Positions 45,297 to 54,874 of a DNA stretch of 64,000 nucleotides are shown here, piece by piece; within the stretch, counting starts at the first letter, position 1, and the number at the start of each line of letters is the position of its first letter. The position numbers were made by a program, and so were the translations under genes. This stretch comes from an uncultured virus (IMG/VR IMGVR_UViG_3300044637_001924) (Duplodnaviria > Heunggongvirae > Uroviricota > Caudoviricetes): IMG/VR virus record IMGVR_UViG_3300044637_001924; one strand, given 5' to 3'. The notes under the pieces are model-generated. The model was given only the letters and a program-made list of their open reading frames with translations, had not been told where the DNA came from and did not search any database.

Positions 45297-45533
45297 CTAC
45301 CCCCATACCAATGAGAATTTCACAGCATCATCTTCCGTGAGAAACCAAAACACATCACCGGTCCAAGTGTATCTGTCAGCGCCAATCACAGTGTTGCACC
45401 ATTGATGTATCTCCTGCCACTTGCCAAAATGTTCTTTTGACGTGTAGACAAAAGGATACTCGGCGTCCTGAAGATCTTTGCCGTACACAATTCTGTCTTT
45501 AGGAAGCCGAGTCCATTTTGTTATATCAAACAT
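45297..45533 (-). CDS. Small hypothetical protein, paralogue family member
   Basis: WC ... YTWTGDVFWFLTEDDAVKFSLVWG. Confidence 0.65.
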   Translation of the reverse strand: MFDITKWTRLPKDRIVYGKDLQDAEYPFVYTSKEHFGKWQEIHQWCNTVIGADRYTWTGDVFWFLTEDDAVKFSLVWG

Positions 45534-45613
45534 GGGCGTCTCTGCTGAAAGATAGGGCCATATGGTAACTCGAATATCAATGTCAACTAGGAAAACCAAT
45601 GTTTTTTTCCATG

Positions 45614-45883
45614 TTAGCCCCACACAAGTGAGAATTTTACTGCATCATCTTCTGTGAGGAACCAAAACACATCACCAGTCCAGGTGTAGTTGTCTTGTCC
45701 CAAAACATTTTGGCACCATGCGTGAATCTCACTCCATTTATTACTCTGTGAATTTTGAACCAGAACATACGGATAACCAGCAGCCAATAGATTATTGCTA
45801 GAGACTCTTTGGTTCGGAGGCAGTTTCCGCCACTTGCTGATGTCTGTCCCAATTGGTGCAAACCAGTCCCTCACAGAAACCAA
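45614..45883 (-). CDS. Small hypothetical protein, paralogue family member (start uncertain)
   Basis: Same C-terminal 24 aa as 45297-45533. Confidence 0.65.
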   Translation of the reverse strand: MVSVRDWFAPIGTDISKWRKLPPNQRVSSNNLLAAGYPYVLVQNSQSNKWSEIHAWCQNVLGQDNYTWTGDVFWFLTEDDAVKFSLVWG

Positions 45884-47022
45884 TGTGGCACCACGCGGCT
45901 GGTGTCCTGCACAATCTCTCGGGCACTGTCTCGAATGATGAGCCCAGCTGGCTTGTCTCCCACCACCCAACTGCCAATCACAGCATGATGGCCATCTTGC
46001 TGGAACAGTCGCGCCCGCTGTTGGTAGATCCGGTGCCCGTGATACTTGCCCGCAGTGCTCGCTACCTCGCGTCCATTGCTCACAATACTGATGTTGGCAC
46101 CCTCACGGCTGAGCATGGGCTTAGCCACGTAGTCGCTGCCACCAGCTTCTGTTGAGGTCCAGTAGGCAGGCAGAATGTTGGGGTGATCCGGGAACATCTC
46201 GTGGAGCACAGGCAGAATGCCTTTGTTGCTCAGTATGCACTTCCAGATGGGTTCAATGATGCCGCTGACATCATTCCTTGTGTGCTGGCCAAACTCATCC
46301 GAGAACATCCACTCCCACGGATACAGCTTGAACCAATACTTGATGGGGCGATCTTCCAGGTCCACAAACTGATTGTTGAGCCAGCCAATGTCGCCTAGGT
46401 TGATGAAGCGTGCATCAAGGCCAGCCTGTGTGGCCAGGTCCTGAAGATACACACAAGTCTGCCGCTCTTCCTCATTGTCCCCAAAGCCAGCAAAGTAAAA
46501 GGGCTCACCCGGTGGCATGAGCACGCGAATCTCAGTAAATCGCTCCACGAGGCGCTCATGTAGGCTGTTGAACTGATCTGCGCCACGGCGCTCGTCCTGT
46601 AGCCAAAACCACTGCATCATAGCCGACTCAATCACCATAGTGGGCGTGTCAGCGTTGTATTCCAGCATCTTGGGCGGACCCTTGCCGTCATAGGCGAAGT
46701 CAAATCGCCCATAGAGTGATGGGTCGTTCCGTGCCCAACTCCACTGGATGTAGTCGTGATAGTCAGCTGGGATGCCCATGCGCGTCATCAGCTCACGGTC
46801 ATTGAACACTCGGTCCACAGCATCGAGGCAGCGAGCATGCACCTCTTCGGTAGCAGCTTCCAGCTCATCAATCTCGGCACTGGTGAACTCGTAGGCCACA
46901 GTCTCGTCCCAGTAGGTGCCATCTCCACCAGTGCTGGGGTTGCCACTTGTGTGAAACGTGAAGCCCACTTCCTCGGCACGCTCGCGCCAGTTGGGACGGG
47001 CCTGCATTGTGTGACGTCGCAT
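45871..47022 (-). CDS. Glutathionylspermidine synthase-like ATP-grasp ligase (YgiC/YjfC family)
   Basis: RPNW, YWDE, YGRFDF, KMLEYNADTPT, DQFNSLHE, FKLYPWEW, SNKGIL, KP.LSREGAN, IGSW. Confidence 0.93.
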   Translation of the reverse strand: MRRHTMQARPNWRERAEEVGFTFHTSGNPSTGGDGTYWDETVAYEFTSAEIDELEAATEEVHARCLDAVDRVFNDRELMTRMGIPADYHDYIQWSWARNDPSLYGRFDFAYDGKGPPKMLEYNADTPTMVIESAMMQWFWLQDERRGADQFNSLHERLVERFTEIRVLMPPGEPFYFAGFGDNEEERQTCVYLQDLATQAGLDARFINLGDIGWLNNQFVDLEDRPIKYWFKLYPWEWMFSDEFGQHTRNDVSGIIEPIWKCILSNKGILPVLHEMFPDHPNILPAYWTSTEAGGSDYVAKPMLSREGANISIVSNGREVASTAGKYHGHRIYQQRARLFQQDGHHAVIGSWVVGDKPAGLIIRDSAREIVQDTSRVVPHWFL

Positions 47023-47068
47023 ATGATGTCTCCTTCTGAGCCTTACTGTAGCAGAATTTTTGGGTTTG

Positions 47069-47785
47069 TCAACCGCCGCCCGAGCTGCCCATACCAGCAC
47101 CACTACCACCAAATCCACCGCGGCTAGCACTGCTGGTGCTCACAGCACTTGAGCCACTAGAGGGGACACTCGCGCGGCTTACAGAGGTGGGCATAGTCCG
47201 GGCCACTGTGCCTGCACTGCTTGCAGCCGGAGCACCTGGAGAGGCGGGCTTTACATTCCATCCAGCGCGGGCTGCGCCCTGGTTCATGCCACTGCCCAAG
47301 CGCCCGCTGTCATAACTCGAGCCGCCTCCGTAGTAGTTTCCTACCATAACTGGTGTAGTGGCCCCACCGCCGCCGTGGTAACCACCAGCCATCACTCGAC
47401 GATCTTCGCGCTCTCGGGCATTTGTAGGGCTGTTGTAGCCTTGAAAGTAAACCGGCCGAGTATCTGCTGTCATGCGTCCTGCCATGAAGCCAACCATGGC
47501 TGGTAGCCAAATGTTGCCCGAATTTCCCGGTCCAGTTACCGACGTGCAACGCTCGTGTCCACGAGCAATACAGCTTTGCTCGTCATTGTATTTCGGCGCT
47601 GTAGACACATGATCGCTCATGGCCTTGTACCAGCGATCATCACAATTTGTGCCTCCCATGCTCTTGCATTGGTCAGCACTCTCGTAGATGGGATCACCAT
47701 CCTTGGGCTTGTCATCACAAGCTGTGAGGCTGATGGCGCTTACTGAGCCCAACAGCACTAGAGCAATTTTTTGACTGTGTCGCAT
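47069..47785 (-). CDS. DUF1190 (YgiB/YjfM-like) lipoprotein
   Basis: Lipobox LTAC, Cys pairs, APKY, WLPAMVGF, Gly/Ser tail ending SRGGFG. Confidence 0.85.
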   Translation of the reverse strand: MRHSQKIALVLLGSVSAISLTACDDKPKDGDPIYESADQCKSMGGTNCDDRWYKAMSDHVSTAPKYNDEQSCIARGHERCTSVTGPGNSGNIWLPAMVGFMAGRMTADTRPVYFQGYNSPTNAREREDRRVMAGGYHGGGGATTPVMVGNYYGGGSSYDSGRLGSGMNQGAARAGWNVKPASPGAPAASSAGTVARTMPTSVSRASVPSSGSSAVSTSSASRGGFGGSGAGMGSSGGG

Positions 47786-47802
47786 GTGTGTCTCCTGCGA
47801 GG

Positions 47803-47830
47803 ACTATAGCAGGTTTAAGGAAAGTGTCAA
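47803..47830 (-). promoter_or_regulatory. Sigma70-like promoter TTGACA-N16-TATAGT
   Basis: Intergenic, upstream of the DUF1190 gene. Confidence 0.6.
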
Positions 47831-47832
47831 GC

Positions 47833-48231
47833 TTAGTAGGTGAAGCAGGCTGCCTGTAGGATACCAACAGCCAGGCTGCTGGTACCCAACATGATTGCAT
47901 CAGCCATGCAGCGGTCAACTGCAATACTGCGCTGTAGGTTGCCAAACACCCAGTTCATGATCTCCCACATTAGGAGTTGCATAGCCAGTGCCACAGCACA
48001 CCAAATGACCTTGTCAAGCCAACCAGTGCTGTAGATGATCACAGAGGCCATAGCTACTGTCATGCCCAGCAGGGTGCCAGCAAAACTCAGTGCTGCGGCT
48101 GTGTTCCCTTCTCGGATGAGTTGGATCTCATCATAGGGCGTGATCCGGATGTAGATGTAGAGGCTGATGACAATCATCACAAGGCTGCTGCCAAAATACA
48201 GCAGGAAGTTGGGCAGGGTAGCTAGTAGCAT
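47833..48231 (-). CDS. DUF350 (YjfL-like) membrane protein
   Basis: Four hydrophobic segments; ITPYDE..LIREGNTAAA. Confidence 0.88.
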   Translation of the reverse strand: MLLATLPNFLLYFGSSLVMIVISLYIYIRITPYDEIQLIREGNTAAALSFAGTLLGMTVAMASVIIYSTGWLDKVIWCAVALAMQLLMWEIMNWVFGNLQRSIAVDRCMADAIMLGTSSLAVGILQAACFTY

Positions 48232-48247
48232 CTCTGGGTTTCCTTTT

Positions 48248-48508
48248 TCAGAAAAATGTCAAAATAACCTGGGCAGCCACGCCAGGGTCCACGATCACCA
48301 CACTGTCTCTATTGTTGAGCCAGCCGTTGGGACTGCGAGCATGGCAGTAATACCACCGACTGCCTTGATTGTGGGGTCCATGGCTGCGTCCCAGGGTACT
48401 CTTGCATAGCACCATAATGGGCTTGAGCTCAGCACGCCTTTCCTTGGCATTTGTTGCAGTGCTGAAAAATATCCAGCCTGGGCTCTTGGGCAGTTTCTCA
48501 TACTTCAT
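48248..48508 (-). CDS. Hypothetical protein
   Basis: TAATG coupling to ligase. Confidence 0.55.
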   Translation of the reverse strand: MKYEKLPKSPGWIFFSTATNAKERRAELKPIMVLCKSTLGRSHGPHNQGSRWYYCHARSPNGWLNNRDSVVIVDPGVAAQVILTFF

Positions 48509-49857
48509 TAGATCTTCTCGCCTGGGGCCCAGCCACGCCAACGCTCAAAGCGAGGAAAGCGCAGGCTATACGTGTCACCGTTCTCACTCTTGGAGATGAG
48601 ATCTGCTCGTATCTCACCAATACGCCCAACTGCCTTTTTCCGGTGCTTCCAGATCACATCACGATCCTCGTCGCTCCAGCCGCTGCCTACACTAACCGAG
48701 ATCACTCGTCCTTGATCCTCGCCACCAAACTCCACAGCACCCATGGTGTGTTCATACTTGGTGCCAGGTTTACCTGGAACAACAGCAGTTACCTCAAGGT
48801 CTACAAAAATAAATGGTTTTGTCTTCAACCAATTTGAGCTTCGCTTGCACTTGTAAGGAGCCCCGGGATCCTTCACCATGATTCCTTCTACGCCACTGTC
48901 AAGTGCCTCGCGGTTGAACTCGCTGAGGCGAGCCTGCCCCTCCTCTGTGTCTAGGTCAATTTCCACCTTGGGCACAACACTGACCTGGTCCTTGGTAGCA
49001 GACTTCAGGAGCGGTTCCAGCTCACACAGTGCGAGGTGACGATCACGCTGCGAGACCTTGTATTCGCCCTTGAGAAATGCACTCAAGGGCACAATGTCAA
49101 ACAGTGCAAGATGTGCATCAGAAGTGTCAACGTTCTTCTTGCGCTTGAACTGCTTCATCATAGCCTGAAAGCTGGCAGACACAACCTCCCCATCCAGCAC
49201 AACGCTTTCAGTTAGTTGGGGCAAGAGTGTAGCCAGCGCCTCAGTTAGTTGAGGGAAGTTATTGTTGATGTGGCCATTCCGGCTGTATTGGATTACTTCG
49301 CCAGTAGCCTTGTTCAACACAGTGAGCAACCTTGCTCCATCCAGCTTGAAGTCGCACAGCTTCTTGCCCCGCATGTCATTGGGGTGATCGTCACTGTCCT
49401 TGGCCAGCTGGCAAGTGAACACTGGCACAGTGTAAGCTTTGGCGTCTTTGCCGAGCTTGCCTAGCACCTTGTTGATGGTGGTCTCACTCAGGCCGCACTT
49501 GAAGTCCTTGAGTAGCACGCGCCTATACCAATTGTTCCACTCGTGCGTGTTGCAGCTTTCAGCAGCTTCCAACACAGCGTCACGAGCATCATGCCCGGTA
49601 AGCTTGCGATTCTTCAGTGCATCTGCGAGAGTTTTGAAGTGTGCAAACGTGTAGCTGCCCGCAGCTGGTCCCTGCTCAGTATCATCAATAAGCGGAACCT
49701 TCTTGATGCCAAAGGTCACGAGCGCATCAAACGCCAGCATTGCACCTTTAAAAAAGTCTGTGATGCCCAGCTTCCAAGCCTGCTCAACAATCGCTTCCTT
49801 GTCCAGCCGACTGTTGGTGGCTTCTAGTGCAACAATTACGTCAGCTGCGGTTTGCAT
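48508..49857 (-). CDS. lig: ATP-dependent DNA ligase
   Basis: KLDGAR, YSRNG, VLDGE, FDIV, EGIMVK, KRSSNWLK, VGSG, SLRFPRF. Confidence 0.95.
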   Translation of the reverse strand: MQTAADVIVALEATNSRLDKEAIVEQAWKLGITDFFKGAMLAFDALVTFGIKKVPLIDDTEQGPAAGSYTFAHFKTLADALKNRKLTGHDARDAVLEAAESCNTHEWNNWYRRVLLKDFKCGLSETTINKVLGKLGKDAKAYTVPVFTCQLAKDSDDHPNDMRGKKLCDFKLDGARLLTVLNKATGEVIQYSRNGHINNNFPQLTEALATLLPQLTESVVLDGEVVSASFQAMMKQFKRKKNVDTSDAHLALFDIVPLSAFLKGEYKVSQRDRHLALCELEPLLKSATKDQVSVVPKVEIDLDTEEGQARLSEFNREALDSGVEGIMVKDPGAPYKCKRSSNWLKTKPFIFVDLEVTAVVPGKPGTKYEHTMGAVEFGGEDQGRVISVSVGSGWSDEDRDVIWKHRKKAVGRIGEIRADLISKSENGDTYSLRFPRFERWRGWAPGEKI

Positions 49858-49883
49858 ACGCTCTCTTCCCTCTTTGTCAGCAC

Positions 49884-49934
49884 ACTATACAGCAGTGTGT
49901 GCGGGAGTCAACACCAAATTGTGACTCCCGCACA
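49884..49934 (-). promoter_or_regulatory. Promoter TTGACT-N16-TATAGT whose -35 overlaps a 13-bp inverted repeat
   Basis: tgtgcgggagtca 49898-49910 / tgactcccgcaca 49922-49934. Confidence 0.65.
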
Positions 49935-49938
49935 AAAT

Positions 49939-50133
49939 TTAGGCTGCTAGGCGCAGGTAGCCATATTTGCGAAGCAGTGTTTCCAGCGGCTGCTCATTTA
50001 CCACCAGTCGACCCTTTTCGTTCACTGTCACTGAGCCCACACCGCGGAGGTTGTTTTCATCTTCGCCATACACAACTCGATCACCAATGTTGGCCACAAA
50101 GCCCCGACGAGGTTCAGCAGAATAAATTACCAT
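49939..50133 (-). CDS. Hypothetical protein
   Basis: AGGAG RBS; promoter upstream. Confidence 0.65.
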   Translation of the reverse strand: MVIYSAEPRRGFVANIGDRVVYGEDENNLRGVGSVTVNEKGRLVVNEQPLETLLRKYGYLRLAA

Positions 50134-50168
50134 TTGAGTCTCTCCTTTGTGTGTTTGTAGTGTATCTG

Positions 50169-50197
50169 TATATAGCGCGTAGTTTTTGTGCTGTCAA
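50169..50197 (-). promoter_or_regulatory. Sigma70-like promoter TTGACA-N17-TATATA
   Basis: Intergenic, near consensus. Confidence 0.65.
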
Positions 50198-50230
50198 CAC
50201 CCTGCCAGTCAAAAACGTTTCAAAGAGTTA

Positions 50231-50770
50231 TCAATTTTTGTTCAGTTTCCGATCACACTCCTTATATACACGAAGTGCCTCAGCATATAGACCTGGATCA
50301 GCATCCGCCAGCACCTCTAGGAGAGCACGCTTCTCTCGAAGCCATACTACAGCGAAACCTGGGTCATTGTCAACAATACTCTCAGCATTATCAATAAGAT
50401 CTGCAAGCTTGATGTTCCGAGCCTCTGTGCTAGCTAGCTTGGTGTGCTCCAGGTCTAGAGCTTTGCGTGCTCGCCGGTTCCCATCTTCAGGCCGACTAAC
50501 ATCAGTTAGCATCTCCACGAGGTGATACACATTGTTACCAAACAGGTCACGAATCAGTTCAAGGTCCACATTGGTGTCCTCAACTGCGTCGTGAAGCCAG
50601 GCGGCAGCACGCATCTCATCCGAGACAGGGGCCTGGCTGAACTTGTCCAAGGTAGCCACCACACGCTCGCAGTGTGTCCAGTAAGGTGCATCTGAATACT
50701 TGCGTCGCTGTCCCACAGCAGAGTGAGCAGCAATTGAGAAGATCTTTGCACTGTGAACTAGATCACTCAT
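50231..50770 (-). CDS. HD-domain (p)ppGpp hydrolase-like protein (small alarmone hydrolase/Mesh1)
   Basis: AH..GQRRK..PY.TH, AAWLHDAVEDT, V..LT, IKLADLIDN. Confidence 0.85.
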   Translation of the reverse strand: MSDLVHSAKIFSIAAHSAVGQRRKYSDAPYWTHCERVVATLDKFSQAPVSDEMRAAAWLHDAVEDTNVDLELIRDLFGNNVYHLVEMLTDVSRPEDGNRRARKALDLEHTKLASTEARNIKLADLIDNAESIVDNDPGFAVVWLREKRALLEVLADADPGLYAEALRVYKECDRKLNKN

Positions 50771-51122
50771 AGCCAAACCTTTCGTAATATCCGGCGCCTG
50801 TTTGACGCCAAAGTTGATCCACATATGCTTCAAGGGCTTCAACACTAGCGCAATGCGCGTCATTGAGCACAATGACCCGAATCAACGCTGCACAATCGCT
50901 GGTGTATAGATGCACTTCCGGCTCATAAGTGAGTTGCGCACCCGGATAGCCAGGCACATTCTTCCAGTTGTACTGGATCACATCGATGAAATAACGAATG
51001 CCCTTTTCATCTGACACACGCTTTTGATACCCGTATTGGTTGAACTCTGGATCAAGTCGGGAAGGAAGAGGATTAGGAAACCTCTTGTAGCCACTCTCAA
51101 CCAAAGCTTCCTGAGTCAGCAT
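50763..51122 (-). CDS. Hypothetical protein
   Basis: GGAGG RBS; promoter TTGACA-N16-TATTAT at 51146-51173. Confidence 0.65.
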   Translation of the reverse strand: MLTQEALVESGYKRFPNPLPSRLDPEFNQYGYQKRVSDEKGIRYFIDVIQYNWKNVPGYPGAQLTYEPEVHLYTSDCAALIRVIVLNDAHCASVEALEAYVDQLWRQTGAGYYERFGYE

Positions 51123-51181
51123 ATGTGCCTCCTGTTATGGAGCTCATAATAGCTGACTCAGGAAAAATGTCAACAGGAGAT

Positions 51182-52486
51182 TTAGCTTGTGGCTCGCTGC
51201 ACCACTGAAGCGATGTAGTCGCACATACCCTCTGTGATTGTGGGACTGCAACCCAGGAAAAACACGCGGTCGAGCACCAAGTTGGCATTGGAATAATCTC
51301 GATAGTCACCGAGATGGCGATACCCAGGATGCACTAGGATATTGCCAGCAAAATAATTTCTGGTTTGAATCCTATTTCCCTCTAGGAAGCTCACAAGGTG
51401 CTCTTTCTGTTCTTTGCTTTCACAAATCACAGGCACACCGAACCAACTGGTCTCGGCTTCTCTTCGCTCATTCACCACACGCACCCCCGGCACAGTTTCT
51501 AAAATATCTTGGATGCGAGTTTTGTTGATACGGCGAAGAGCGTGTATCTTTTCCCATTTTTTCAGCTGAACTAAGCCAACTCCACCTTGCATGTCTAGTG
51601 GCTTGAGATTATAGCCCATGTTGCTGAACAAATATTTGTGGTCCATGACCGTGTCATACTCTTGGATCCACTTTTTGAACCTCTCGCCACACATGCCACA
51701 CTGAATGAGATTTTGTGCCCCCACACAATGGCAGTCGCGACCCCACCAGCTGATGCTCCGTGCCAGGGTGACGATCTCTTTACTCTTGCTGCTCACCATA
51801 CCGCCTTCCATGGTGCAGAGATGGTGTGCTGGATAAAAGCTACAAGATGCTGCCACACTGAAGTCGGTGAGATACTGTCCTCGCCACTTGCTGCCTAGGC
51901 TGTCACAGTTGTCTGAGATGAGCTGGAGCTTGTGCCGGGCTGCAATCTCTTGAATCCTATCAAAGTCATAGGGATTGCCCAACACGGGACTGCTGAACAC
52001 CGCAACCGTTTTTGATGTGATTTTTGACTCCAGTTGTGTCAAATCCCAGTTGAGATCAGAGAAGTCAATGTCCACAAAAACTGGCTTGAGATTGTTTTGT
52101 ACAATGGGAGCAATAGTAGTGGGGAAGCCACACACACAAACCAAAATCTCGCTGTCGTCACTCCACCCAAAACTCTTTTTCAGTGCTGCAATCATTGCGA
52201 GATTGGCCGAGCTCCCGCTGTTTACCATCACATTATGGGGTAGATTGAACTTTTCGCCAAAACCCTTTTCAAAGCGAGCAACCTTTTCACCACTGCTCAA
52301 CCATTTGCCCTTCAATATGCTGTGCATCATTTCGGCAATTTCATCTTGATCCCAGTAGGGACCAGAATAATAAACAGTGGATTTACCAGGTTCAAAATCA
52401 CCTGAGTTGGCCATGTAAGGAAACAAATTGGGTTCTTCATTACCAACTTGGTTAAGAAAATCTTGTATGTGGGCGCGAATGCTCAT
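51182..52486 (-). CDS. rfbH: CDP-4-keto-6-deoxyglucose 3-dehydratase-like (DegT/DnrJ family)
   Basis: VNSGSSANL, DNCDSLGS, SFYPAHH (His at the usual Lys position), WGRDCHC...CG Fe-S ligands, GYNLKP. Confidence 0.85.
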   Translation of the reverse strand: MSIRAHIQDFLNQVGNEEPNLFPYMANSGDFEPGKSTVYYSGPYWDQDEIAEMMHSILKGKWLSSGEKVARFEKGFGEKFNLPHNVMVNSGSSANLAMIAALKKSFGWSDDSEILVCVCGFPTTIAPIVQNNLKPVFVDIDFSDLNWDLTQLESKITSKTVAVFSSPVLGNPYDFDRIQEIAARHKLQLISDNCDSLGSKWRGQYLTDFSVAASCSFYPAHHLCTMEGGMVSSKSKEIVTLARSISWWGRDCHCVGAQNLIQCGMCGERFKKWIQEYDTVMDHKYLFSNMGYNLKPLDMQGGVGLVQLKKWEKIHALRRINKTRIQDILETVPGVRVVNERREAETSWFGVPVICESKEQKEHLVSFLEGNRIQTRNYFAGNILVHPGYRHLGDYRDYSNANLVLDRVFFLGCSPTITEGMCDYIASVVQRATS

Positions 52487-52507
52487 GAAAAACTCAAGGC
52501 CTTTTTG

Positions 52508-53353
52508 TTAAGAGTGTGTGGAAATGCTGCGGATAAGATCAGTTAAGCCTTGTGTCAAACACACTTGAGGCGCAAACCCCAAACTTTGAAGCAGGGTCGT
52601 ATCAAGCCAAAAATCTCGACTTTGTATTTTTTGATGAAATTCAGGTGTTGGTATGCCATTGATCTGAGATCTACTATTTGTTAGATGGGCAGATATGTCA
52701 ATCACATCACGCAATAGCGTGGCATGCCCTGAGCCAATGTTGTAGATAGTGTTGAGCTCACCTTTTTCAAGCACCAAGCTGATGGCTCTTACTGCGTCGT
52801 CAATATAGAGTAAGTCTCTGTAAACCATACCATTCTCATACAAGTCAATGGGTTTGTTATGATACAATTGTGAGACCATGTGTTGGATAGCGTTTTTCTT
52901 TGTGCTTGCTCCAGCGTCTCCTGGCCCATAAATGTTAGACAAACGCAGGATACGATACTTGACGCCAAAGGTGTTGCACCAGCTCATCAAGAGCTGCTCT
53001 GCTGTTCTCTTGGTAATGCTGTAAAATCCCCGAGGATCACAATGCGCAGTTTCAGGAACAGGTAATTGTGTATGACTTCCATACACAAACCAAGATGACA
53101 CAAAATTGAAAACAACATCTGGTTGATTGCAGTGTTGTAGGGTCTCCATCAATACATTTAAATTTGTATTGATGTCCTTGTGCAGGTCACTGAATACATT
53201 ATAATTGTCAGTTGTAGAGATGAGATACAGTATGTTGTTTGTGGGAGGAGTTCGGGAATTTCGAGGAACACCTATGCATTTGTGTTGGGTTTTTTGAACA
53301 AATGCACTGCCCACAAATCCTGTGGCCCCAAAAACTGAAATTGCTGTTTCCAT
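52508..53353 (-). CDS. NAD-dependent epimerase/dehydratase
   Basis: GATGFVG, SSWFVYG, YSITK, RLSNIYG, RDLLYIDD, YNIGSG. Confidence 0.9.
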   Translation of the reverse strand: METAISVFGATGFVGSAFVQKTQHKCIGVPRNSRTPPTNNILYLISTTDNYNVFSDLHKDINTNLNVLMETLQHCNQPDVVFNFVSSWFVYGSHTQLPVPETAHCDPRGFYSITKRTAEQLLMSWCNTFGVKYRILRLSNIYGPGDAGASTKKNAIQHMVSQLYHNKPIDLYENGMVYRDLLYIDDAVRAISLVLEKGELNTIYNIGSGHATLLRDVIDISAHLTNSRSQINGIPTPEFHQKIQSRDFWLDTTLLQSLGFAPQVCLTQGLTDLIRSISTHS

Positions 53354-53391
53354 GCATTATATTTGTGCACAGAAACAGCAATGTCAATTTG

Positions 53392-54129
53392 TCATTGAGT
53401 TTTTCGTACCCAACTGGGTGGAGGCTTGCAGAAGCCAGGCTCGCTACCTGGGAAGGCGACTCGAGTCTGATAACTGTTTCTTTCCTTGAGACGGATACCC
53501 ATTTTTTGAAGGTTGTCAGCACTGTCATAAAAGATGGTTTGAACAACCTGCGGTTGATTGCTGTTTCGTTCAAATCTCACATGAGTGGTATTGAAGGACG
53601 TTTCTTGACCAAATCCAGTACCAACACTGCCTATACTCATTGAACTAGCAGCTATTGACCCAGAGGCTCGCAGCACACTCTTGCCAAGTTGATGAATGTC
53701 AACGGCTCCATAAAATGGAAAGGGTTGCCCAGTGTAGCTGGGCTCTTTTTGGAGAAACCAAGCTACACCAATCACCCCAACATTGCTGGTGTCTGAACCA
53801 GATTCTGCTGCATAACTATGCTTCTTGCTGCCAAATACAAACTCAGCTGCCTGTTCCCTATTCAACATCCAGCCAGGAACGCTTGTGGTTCCCTGTGCTG
53901 GAATCAAAAACCCATTGCTTTCATAACTGGCGGGCTTGCCATCAATTACGCAGATGCCGTCAACAGACACTACAGCCATCACTGGGCTTAAGGTGTGGTT
54001 TTGAAGTTCAATAACATAGTTACTGCCCGCTCGACCCTCAATCCAGGTTTGGCCACGATGAGGGTATTCATCAGCTGGAGAGCGACCTTTGGGCCGAATA
54101 ATAAAATCCAACCCATAGCCGTTACGCAT
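53392..54129 (-). CDS. Conserved hypothetical protein coupled to the vWA gene
   Basis: VVSVDG..VIDG, VPGW, F.F, NVGVIGVA.F, GTGFG blocks. Confidence 0.7.
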   Translation of the reverse strand: MRNGYGLDFIIRPKGRSPADEYPHRGQTWIEGRAGSNYVIELQNHTLSPVMAVVSVDGICVIDGKPASYESNGFLIPAQGTTSVPGWMLNREQAAEFVFGSKKHSYAAESGSDTSNVGVIGVAWFLQKEPSYTGQPFPFYGAVDIHQLGKSVLRASGSIAASSMSIGSVGTGFGQETSFNTTHVRFERNSNQPQVVQTIFYDSADNLQKMGIRLKERNSYQTRVAFPGSEPGFCKPPPSWVRKTQ

Positions 54130-54874
54130 TTTTGTTGCCCATTACCGTGTTGCGATCAACTGCGCTATACATAGTCTCGCTTGCATAGAGATCAGCGGTA
54201 GATACTCCAGCACTTTTGGCCATGCGAACACGAGTAGTGGTCTTGCTTAGCACATCCATGGTGTCTGCCATGCTGTTGGTTGAGTAGGTTACTGTGTTAC
54301 TTTGTTGCATACCAAATGTGTGACCCATTGCAAATGCATCTACATTGGCACCAAGGAAGGTGAAAGTCCAGTCAGAGGCTTCACTCAGCTTGACCATTTC
54401 CTTGATTTGAGCTGTGTTGTAGCTGCGGCTTGAGTTTTCCTCGCCGTCAGTTACAATCACAACCAGCACACCTGGCCGTTCGGCCTGAGGCACTGAGTTA
54501 AGAACCTTGTTGATCTTTTCCAAAGTGTGCCCAATAGCATCCATTAGGTTGGTGCCACCACCAGGCTGATAGTCAGCTGATGTAAGTGCCTTAACAGACT
54601 TCACATGTTGATTTTCAAACAATGTAGTGATTTGTGGGGCGTCAAATTTAACAATAGTGAGATAGGCATCACCAGCGCCTTCGGCAGTCTTTTGTCCTTC
54701 AACAAACTCATTCAATCCAGAAATTGTAGCATCGCGCACACGGCCCATGCTTCCACTTTCATCAAGAACCACTGCAATAAGAGTTCCATTGCGACCAGCT
54801 GCGGCTGGTGTCCAATTCACTAGTGATTGTGCAGGAAAAGGATTTGCCCAGACTGGGTTATTATTTTGTTGCAT
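54122..54874 (-). CDS. von Willebrand factor A domain protein
   Basis: MIDAS DESGSM, GGTNLMDAIG, VTDGEENSS, FLGAN. Confidence 0.9.
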   Translation of the reverse strand: MQQNNNPVWANPFPAQSLVNWTPAAAGRNGTLIAVVLDESGSMGRVRDATISGLNEFVEGQKTAEGAGDAYLTIVKFDAPQITTLFENQHVKSVKALTSADYQPGGGTNLMDAIGHTLEKINKVLNSVPQAERPGVLVVIVTDGEENSSRSYNTAQIKEMVKLSEASDWTFTFLGANVDAFAMGHTFGMQQSNTVTYSTNSMADTMDVLSKTTTRVRMAKSAGVSTADLYASETMYSAVDRNTVMGNKNA

